This document shows positions 57,768 to 64,000 of a stretch of 64,000 bases of DNA, piece by piece. The position numbers and the translations under genes are program-made. The notes under the pieces are model-generated. The model did not search any database and was not told the DNA's origin. It saw only the letters and a list, made by a program, of their open reading frames with translations. Source of the stretch: Candidatus Omnitrophota bacterium. Its GTDB lineage: Bacteria; Omnitrophota; Omnitrophia; Omnitrophales; Aquincolibacteriaceae. Every line of letters begins with the position of its first letter. Position 1 is the first letter of the stretch. Where the stretch lies: assembly GCA_023247035.1 (NCBI GenBank), contig JAHFHG010000003.1, positions 15,081-79,080 of the forward strand, in the 5' to 3' direction.

Positions 57768-58906
57768 CGGCTCTCCTTCCTTTGAAAACCCAGCCGGGCT
57801 GGAAAGTCCGCTTCGTGGATTATCCCCGGCAATTCCGGAAAATGGAAACCGAAATCATGGAGACAATCCATTCGGTCCTCTCGCAGGGCGATCTCATCCT
57901 CCGCCGGCAATTGCTGGATTTCGAAAGCGGTTTCGCGGAATTCGTCGGGACGCGTTTTGCCGTCGGATTGAGCAATTGCACGGACGCGATTCATCTGTCT
58001 CTCCGGGCCGCAGGCATCAAAGCCGGGGACGAGGTGATTACGGTTTCGCATACTTTTGTCGCCACGGCTGCCGCAATCCATCATGCGGGAGCTGTCCCGG
58101 TGCTTGTCGATATCGGCGACGACCACAATATGGATGTCCGTCTTTTGGAGAAGGCGATCACGCCAAAGACGCGCGCGATTGTGCCCGTCCATTTAAACGG
58201 CCGGCTTTGCGATATGGACCCGCTCATGACGGTTGCGGAAAAGCACGGTTTGATTGTGATCGAAGATTCGGCGCAGGCGCTGGGGGCTTCTTATCGAGAC
58301 AAACGCGGCGGATCATTCGGCGCTGCGGGATGCTTCAGTTTTTATCCCGCCAAACTGCTCGGCGCTTTTGGAGACGCCGGCGCCCTGACGACCCATAGTG
58401 AAGAAATCGCGGAAAAAGTGCGCTCGCTCCGGGATCACGGGCGAAACAAGGCAGGAGATATCGACGGCTGGTCTTTTAATTGCCGGATGGACAATCTCCA
58501 GGCCGCGCTGCTGAATCTCAAATTGGCGCGGCTTTCGGAATGTATTGCGCGAAGGCGGGAAATCGCCCGGCTGTATCACGAGCGCTTATCGTCCGTTACC
58601 GAGCTGCGTTTGCCTCCGCCTCCGGGAGCGAGCGGAATTTATTACGACGTATTTCAAAACTACGAGATCGAGGCTCCACAAAGAGACAAACTGGTTTCTT
58701 TTTTGAAAGAAAAAGGAATTGAGATCCTTATTCCCTGGGGCGGCAAAGGCGTGCATCAATTCAAGGCTTTGGGGCTTTCGGACTTTGAGCTGCCGCGCAC
58801 GGAGCGCCTTTTTCGAAACGTCCTGATGCTGCCGCTGCACACGGAATTAACCGACGATCAAATCGAATACGTGAGCGATGTTGTCCGCAAATTCTACGGC
58901 TGTTAA
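57764..58906 (+). CDS. DegT/DnrJ/EryC1/StrS-family sugar aminotransferase (third copy)
   Basis: CTDAIHLSL...VITVSHTF...PVHLNGR...DSAQALGA...FSFYPAKLLGAFGDAG. Confidence 0.85.
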   Translation: MTALLPLKTQPGWKVRFVDYPRQFRKMETEIMETIHSVLSQGDLILRRQLLDFESGFAEFVGTRFAVGLSNCTDAIHLSLRAAGIKAGDEVITVSHTFVATAAAIHHAGAVPVLVDIGDDHNMDVRLLEKAITPKTRAIVPVHLNGRLCDMDPLMTVAEKHGLIVIEDSAQALGASYRDKRGGSFGAAGCFSFYPAKLLGAFGDAGALTTHSEEIAEKVRSLRDHGRNKAGDIDGWSFNCRMDNLQAALLNLKLARLSECIARRREIARLYHERLSSVTELRLPPPPGASGIYYDVFQNYEIEAPQRDKLVSFLKEKGIEILIPWGGKGVHQFKALGLSDFELPRTERLFRNVLMLPLHTELTDDQIEYVSDVVRKFYGC

Positions 58907-59705
58907 AAAAGAAAACGGGACCGTGATCAGGCCGGACTTCACCACGGTCACGGAAATGCCCGGCAGCCGGGCCTCCCGCGAACAACTTTCGATGCTTTAT
59001 ACGCGCTATCACTTTGCGGCCTCGTTTTGCGCGGAAAAAGATGTTCTCGAGGCGGCGTGCGGCGCCGGCCCGGGATTAGGCTATCTGGGACGCCGCGCGA
59101 AAAAGGTTATTGGAATCGATATTGATGCACGCAATTTGAGTGTTGCGCAAAGCCACTATCGGGGAAGGCAGAATATTGAGCTGCTTTCTATGGATGCTCA
59201 CACTCTGGAATTTGAGGACGCATCGTTTGATGTCATCATCCTCTTTGAAGCTATTTATTACCTCAACCAGCCCCGGAGGTTTCTGGCGGAATGCCGCCGT
59301 GTTCTAAGAGACGGGGGAACGCTGCTTCTCAATACCGTGAATCCGGAATGGCGCGATTTTAATCCAAGCCCTTTCAGCACGCGTTATTTTGGGGCCCGCG
59401 AATTGCGTGATCTGCTTGAAAGTTCCAATCTTAAGGCGAATCTTTTCGGAGCCTTTCCGGGCTCCGGCTCTTCATTGAGATTTAAAACCATTTCATTTCT
59501 CAAACGGACCGCCGGAAATCTGGGGCTTATTCCAAAAACAATGAAGGACAAGGAATCCTTGAAACGCATTTTTTTCGGAAGGCTGGAGCCGTTTCCGTCC
59601 GAGGTCCGGGAGGCGATGGCTCAATATGCGGCGCCTGTTCCTCTTCCGATCGATGGCCCGGTCCCTCAATATAAAGTTCTTTACGCCGCCGGCAGAAAAA
59701 GATGA
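58878..59705 (+). CDS. Class I SAM-dependent methyltransferase
   Basis: VLEAACGAGPGLGYL (motif I), GIDIDARNL, VIILFEAIYYL, LRDGGTLLL; true start may lie at a downstream Met. Confidence 0.7.
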   Translation: MLSANSTAVKKENGTVIRPDFTTVTEMPGSRASREQLSMLYTRYHFAASFCAEKDVLEAACGAGPGLGYLGRRAKKVIGIDIDARNLSVAQSHYRGRQNIELLSMDAHTLEFEDASFDVIILFEAIYYLNQPRRFLAECRRVLRDGGTLLLNTVNPEWRDFNPSPFSTRYFGARELRDLLESSNLKANLFGAFPGSGSSLRFKTISFLKRTAGNLGLIPKTMKDKESLKRIFFGRLEPFPSEVREAMAQYAAPVPLPIDGPVPQYKVLYAAGRKR

Positions 59706-59971
59706 AGGCTTCAAATAGAAAAATCGCGGGGCTTGATCTTGATAGAAGGAGGAAATTCTTTTATAAGCAATGTCTCGTATGCTACTATAAAGGCTGAAAA
59801 AATAGATTGAATGTCCGGACGGTTGGAATATTCCTTCATCGAGGCATCCCTGCGTATCGGGTGGATTTCCAAGCAGAAGGAAGGCTCGATTGAGCGGTTC
59901 CGTAAGTAAAAAGAAACCTTTTAATAAAAAAATCGATCGCCGAAGCTGTCACCTATCGGAAACATTTAAGT

Positions 59972-61891
59972 TTGCTAAACACCTCATCGTTTCGCCAGTG
60001 CATCCCATTTTTGCGTAAAGCCGCTCTGCTTCTTTGCGACGCCGCGTTGGTGAACGCCTCTTTTTTTCTTGCCTTTCTCATCCGTTTTGACCAGACCCCT
60101 GAATTTTTCACCGTGATGGGAATCTACCAACACCTGATTCTGCCCATAACCGTCATCCGTTTGGCGCTCTTCTACGCGTTTGGGTTGTACGAGTGGTCCT
60201 TTCGATACGCCAGCTTAAGCGAAGCCATCCAGTTACTGAGCGCCGTCTGCGCGAGTTCCTTGATGATCTTTGCCTGTATTGCCTTTTTCTTTTTTCAGCA
60301 GTACCGGACGATGATCGGACGTTCCGTGCTGCTTATTGATTTTCTCATTTGTCTTTTCCTTTTGGCCGCTTCCAGGTTCTCCGTCCGGGGCCTTATAAAG
60401 TTCCAGCAAAAATTTAGAAACTATTTTCAAAAATTAGACCTTAACCGGACTTTAATCATCGGAGTCGGCGACGCCGGAGAGCTCTTGCTTCGAGAGTTTC
60501 AAAAACATTCCTATTTGAAGTACTGGCCGGTCGGTTTTTTGGACAATGACCGTGAAAAACGAGGGATGCGGATTCACGGCGTCAAGGTATTGGGCGCGCT
60601 TTCTGATCTGCCGCGGGTGGCCGTGAAAAAACATATCCGCACCGTGATTATCGTCCTTCCCCGAATTTCCCGGGATCAGATCCAGGAAATCATCCGGACT
60701 TGCCAGCAGCTTCAACTGGCCTGCCGCATTTTGCCTCCCGCTTCTCTTTTATGGTCAAGCCAGATTTTTCCTTTAAAGCTGAGGGATGTCGACGCCTCGG
60801 ACCTGTTGGGACGTGAAATCATTCAAACGGACCCGGCCCGGATGCAGGACTTTTTTAGAAACAAAAAAGTTTTGATCACGGGCGGCGGAGGATCCATCGG
60901 CTCCGAAATTGCAAAGATTCTCTCCCGGACTCAACCCCAGGAATTGATCCTTGTGGATCACGCGGAAAATAATCTTTACGAGATCCAAAATTATTTTCAA
61001 GAAAATCCTACGGAAACCGTCGTCAATTATTATCTTTGCGACGTGAAAAACCGGGAGGATATGGAAAAGATTTTTGACGCGCATCGCCCTCACATTGTTT
61101 ATCACGGAGCTGCCCACAAACACGTTCCGTTAGGCGAACAGTTCTACAAAGAGGGGATTTTGAATAATGTGCTCGGGACTAAAGTGACCGCCGATCTAGC
61201 CTGTGCGTATGGAGCCCGGACCTTTGTCCTGATCTCCACGGATAAAGCGATCCGGCCTGCCAGTATTATGGGATCTACAAAAAGAATCGCGGAACTTTAT
61301 ATTCAAAGTTTGAAGGACAGGGGGACGGATTTTCTCTCCGTTCGTTTTGGAAATGTCCTCAACAGCCGGGGCAGCGTGGTGCCGCTCTTTCAAAAGCAGC
61401 TGCAGGAAGGCTCTCCCGTCACCGTGACGGACGCCAACGTCACGCGCTATTTTATGGACCTTTGCGAGGCCGTCTTTTTAATCATGGAAGCGACCCGGCT
61501 GGGCTCGGATTCGGAAATCTTCGTCCTTGATATGGGAAAACCCATCAAAATTGTGAACCTGGCCCGCTCCCTTGCCCAGCTTATGGGAATCGCGGAAGAC
61601 CAAATGACGTTGAAGTATATCGGGCTACGCCCGGGAGAAAAACTGGAAGAAGAAATTGAACTCAACTCCGAAACTGCGATCCCGACCCAGCACCGGAAGA
61701 TCAAAATCTGGAAATCCTCCCGGCAGCCCGCACCTGAGGATCTAGCGAGAGCCATCGAAGAACTCTTTGATCTTGTCCAACAAGGCGCCCCGAAAAACGC
61801 GGTCATCCAAAAGCTCAGCGAGATTGTCCCGGAGTACAGGCCTGTTTCCAAGGATTTTGCAGGCCCGCAAGTTCTCAACGCCCCCCATTAA
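59972..61891 (+). CDS. Membrane-anchored nucleotide-sugar 4,6-dehydratase (WbpM/PglF/CapD family, Polysacc_synt_2)
   Basis: Four N-terminal TM helices, a CoA-binding-like linker (LIIGVGDAGELL), then VLITGGGGSIGSEIAKIL...YHGAAHKHVPL...STDKA. Confidence 0.85.
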   Translation: MLNTSSFRQCIPFLRKAALLLCDAALVNASFFLAFLIRFDQTPEFFTVMGIYQHLILPITVIRLALFYAFGLYEWSFRYASLSEAIQLLSAVCASSLMIFACIAFFFFQQYRTMIGRSVLLIDFLICLFLLAASRFSVRGLIKFQQKFRNYFQKLDLNRTLIIGVGDAGELLLREFQKHSYLKYWPVGFLDNDREKRGMRIHGVKVLGALSDLPRVAVKKHIRTVIIVLPRISRDQIQEIIRTCQQLQLACRILPPASLLWSSQIFPLKLRDVDASDLLGREIIQTDPARMQDFFRNKKVLITGGGGSIGSEIAKILSRTQPQELILVDHAENNLYEIQNYFQENPTETVVNYYLCDVKNREDMEKIFDAHRPHIVYHGAAHKHVPLGEQFYKEGILNNVLGTKVTADLACAYGARTFVLISTDKAIRPASIMGSTKRIAELYIQSLKDRGTDFLSVRFGNVLNSRGSVVPLFQKQLQEGSPVTVTDANVTRYFMDLCEAVFLIMEATRLGSDSEIFVLDMGKPIKIVNLARSLAQLMGIAEDQMTLKYIGLRPGEKLEEEIELNSETAIPTQHRKIKIWKSSRQPAPEDLARAIEELFDLVQQGAPKNAVIQKLSEIVPEYRPVSKDFAGPQVLNAPH

Positions 61892-61898
61892 AATTAAA

Positions 61899-61930
61899 AG
61901 CCGCTTCATTTCCATAAAAAGAAAGCGGCT
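61899..61930 (+). terminator. Possible terminator hairpin (no strong U-tract)
   Basis: AGCCGCTT-17-nt loop-AAGCGGCT immediately after the stop at 61891; followed by a GC-rich sequence rather than a T-run. Confidence 0.3.
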
Positions 61931-62394
61931 GCGCCTGCCGGATTGAAAAATCTTCTCGCTAACTTCCGCTATAAAATGCTCGATGAAATTCACAAAACAA
62001 TCTCGCTGTTATAAATTTTCAAAAGGATTTTCTCTTCCATCTTTTTCTCGATTTCAAAAAAATCAGAAAAAAATAAAAAAAAATAAAATAGATATTGATT
62101 TCTGACTTTTTTGGAGTATTTTTAGCGTCAAACGAATCAAGCGTTCGTTTATGTTTCGCCGAACCGATCCAATCAGAGCGATTTCCAGGACATTAGCCCC
62201 GGAAACGCTTCGCATTTCTCGGGGCCGCTTTTCCGCCGATTATTGGAGGACGCGGGAATGACAACCGCTTGTCTTACAAAGAGCGATGCTCCATGAATTC
62301 GGAAATTTGCAGAACTCAAGTTAAAAAATTACTGATTCATGGCCTGATGCTTCGTCAAAATGATAATCTGCCCCAGCCTTGTTCACGAGGAATC

Positions 62395-64000
62395 ATGAAG
62401 CCGCGTCTTTTTATTCGAATCACCGCATTTTTCACGCTCGCTTGCTTCATCGTTTCAGAAAGTGCCTTTGCCTCCCCGCAGATTCTTCAAAGTTTAAATT
62501 CATCCCCGGAAATTAATTCTTCGCTGGCGCAGCCTCTTTCCGTTCCCGCGGAACTGGGGACAGTCGTTTCTTCCTGGGGATCGCCCGCCTCTGTTGTTTT
62601 GATCGAAGACGCGCACGGAAATTACGACGCTCAAAAGAAAACGCAGGACCTGCTTAGATTTTTAGACCGCGAGCGGGGAATTTCTCAAATTTTTCTTGAA
62701 GGCGGCGTGGGCCGGCAGGATCCGGAATTGCTGCGCTTCTTCAAAGACCCTTCGCTGAATAAGAAGGCCTGGGAGTTTCTTTTAAGGGAGGCGGAAATCG
62801 GCGGCGGGGAATTGTACCTGTTGGAAGACGCCAAGAAAGTGCAGGCATTTGGTTTGGAAGAGCCGAAGGTCTATCTCGCCAATCTCAAGGCCTTCCGCCG
62901 CGTGCTTCAGAATCAGGCGCAGTCGGAAAAATTTTTGAAAGGCCGCGGCAAGGAAATCAAGAAAAACGCCTCACGCCATTTTTCGCGCCGGCTTTATTCC
63001 TTTTTCCAGGAATGGCTCCGGAGCGAGGAAGAAGACGGAGCGGATTTCTTAAGGTATTTCCTCGTCCTTCAGAGAGAAGCCAAGCGGAGCCTTCAGATTG
63101 ATTTGGGCAAGGCGAGCGAGCAGCGGGACTGGCCGATGCTCGTGCGGCTGGCCGAGATTCGCAAGCGGGAGAAGAAGCTTGATCAAAAGAAAGCCGCCAG
63201 CCAGAAGGAAATGCTGATGAAGTGGGCAAAGGAGCGGAGACTTGATCTCAAGCTCATTTCGTTTTTGGAAGCAAAGAAGGGGGAAAGTGCAAAAATTTAC
63301 GGCTACGAAAGCCGGCGCAGATTCTGGGAAGCCTTCCACGAGCAGGCCTCGAAGAAAGGTTTCGAGTTTGAGTCCTACCCTGAGCTTGTCCTCTTTGAAG
63401 GATTCCGGATTTTAGAGGAGGAGATCGGCGCGGAAAAATTAATAGAGGAAATGAAGTCGCTGGCGGAACGGATTTTCGAGAAATCAATTGAAACCGCCCA
63501 GCAGCGCCGGATTCTTGAAGAGGCGAAGCATTATCGTTTGCTTAAAAAATTATTCTCCCTGGAAATGAAGAGGGAGGAATTTGAGGAGTTGCGGCGTAGA
63601 GCGGTTAATAATGCCCCGAGAAGTCTTCTTTCCTTGTCATTCCCGAATGGTTTAATCGGGAATCCAGAAGTTAAAAAGCTGGATTCCCGCCTTCGCGGGA
63701 ATGACAGAATTTCTAAAGGTGTTATCAAAACTCATACCCCAATCCGCTCCCTCTACCGCCAAGCCCTTCAATTCTACCGGCTTGCGGTTCAGCGCGACGA
63801 AATTATGGTCAAAGAGCTGCTCAAGGAAAATGGGGGGAAGGATTCCTCAAAATTTTCGGTCGTCCTTGCCGGCGGATTTCACACGGACGGACTGGCGAAG
63901 ATTCTAAAAGAACGCGGCATTTCCTACGCCGTCATTCGTCCTCACATTCGGGAGGTTGAAGGCCGCAAACAATACGTGGCGTCATTAATGGGGGAAAAGG
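62395..64000 (+). CDS. Partial (3'-truncated by the window edge) secreted Tiki/TraB/GumN/ChaN-superfamily-like protein; not in the ORF track
   Basis: I translated the ATG at 62395 by hand: 535 codons with no stop up to the window end. Signal peptide MKPRLFIRITAFFTLACFIVSESAFA. N-terminal VVLIEDAHGNYDAQ (GxxH/ExH-like) and C-terminal VVLAGGFHTDGLAKIL (GxxH) bracket a helical region, as in the Tiki/ChaN fold. Confidence 0.6.
   Translation, partial: MKPRLFIRITAFFTLACFIVSESAFASPQILQSLNSSPEINSSLAQPLSVPAELGTVVSSWGSPASVVLIEDAHGNYDAQKKTQDLLRFLDRERGISQIFLEGGVGRQDPELLRFFKDPSLNKKAWEFLLREAEIGGGELYLLEDAKKVQAFGLEEPKVYLANLKAFRRVLQNQAQSEKFLKGRGKEIKKNASRHFSRRLYSFFQEWLRSEEEDGADFLRYFLVLQREAKRSLQIDLGKASEQRDWPMLVRLAEIRKREKKLDQKKAASQKEMLMKWAKERRLDLKLISFLEAKKGESAKIYGYESRRRFWEAFHEQASKKGFEFESYPELVLFEGFRILEEEIGAEKLIEEMKSLAERIFEKSIETAQQRRILEEAKHYRLLKKLFSLEMKREEFEELRRRAVNNAPRSLLSLSFPNGLIGNPEVKKLDSRLRGNDRISKGVIKTHTPIRSLYRQALQFYRLAVQRDEIMVKELLKENGGKDSSKFSVVLAGGFHTDGLAKILKERGISYAVIRPHIREVEGRKQYVASLMGEK
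63636..63705. repeat. Nested palindromic MITE-like element (ATTCCC-N13-GGGAAT ... ATTCCC-N8-GGGAAT) inserted in-frame inside the CDS
   Basis: Outer 10-bp inverted repeat gtcattcccg/cgggaatgac (63636-63645 and 63696-63705) and inner 11-bp inverted repeat cgggaatccag/ctggattcccg around an aagttaaaaag loop. The translation in the CDS frame is SFPNGLIGNPEVKKLDSRLRGNDR, typical of proteins read through such palindromic units. Confidence 0.6.

Noticed and set aside
63531-63728. 65-aa minus-strand ORF (…SFPRRRESSFLTSGFPIKPFGND…)
   Set aside because: It is the reverse-strand read-through of the palindromic element inside the + strand Tiki/ChaN-like CDS. Such ORFs are artefacts of the palindrome rather than genes.

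Overview
This reads as a bacterial chromosomal segment. Coding strand preference is nearly uniform on + from about 13 kb to 62 kb.

**Surface-polysaccharide supercluster (about 13.5-61.9 kb).** Most of the window is a roughly 48-kb, tightly overlapping locus of the O-antigen/EPS type (Wzx/Wzy flippase-polymerase plus Wza/Wzc-like export). It appears to encode a heavily decorated sugar repeat:
- three DegT-family aminotransferases;
- three Gfo/Idh/MocA oxidoreductases, one fused to a hexapeptide N-acetyltransferase (WbpB-WbpD-like);
- a UDP-GlcNAc 2-epimerase, a nucleotide-sugar 6-dehydrogenase, a WbpM/PglF-type 4,6-dehydratase and two extended-SDR epimerase/dehydratases;
- six methyltransferases, including a B12-binding radical-SAM enzyme, a TylF-type O-methyltransferase and a Zn-ribbon C-methyltransferase;
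- an FkbH-ACP-ketoreductase-dehydratase acyl cassette followed by two tandem SGNH acyltransferase-like paralogs;
- a split transketolase, an ATP-grasp protein, an MBL-fold protein, five glycosyltransferases (two GT4, three GT2) and a PglC-like initiating phosphoglycosyltransferase.

**Upstream of the cluster.**
- An HDAC/AcuC-family gene.
- Two tandem paralogous secreted Trp-rich helical proteins built from a novel duplicated domain.
- A convergent PHP (Zn-ribbon)-UvrD helicase fusion.
- tRNA-Thr(UGU) and tRNA-Tyr(GUA).
- A roughly 4.5-kb decayed integrative element in the tRNA-Tyr 3' end, bounded by a 23-bp direct repeat. It has a truncated integrase, AT-rich cargo, and SpoVG-like, excisionase-like and AAA ATPase genes.

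**Window end.** The window ends inside a partial Tiki/TraB/ChaN-like CDS that is not in the ORF track. That CDS carries an in-frame nested palindromic (ATTCCC-N-GGGAAT) MITE-like insert.

No CRISPR array and no rRNA were seen.
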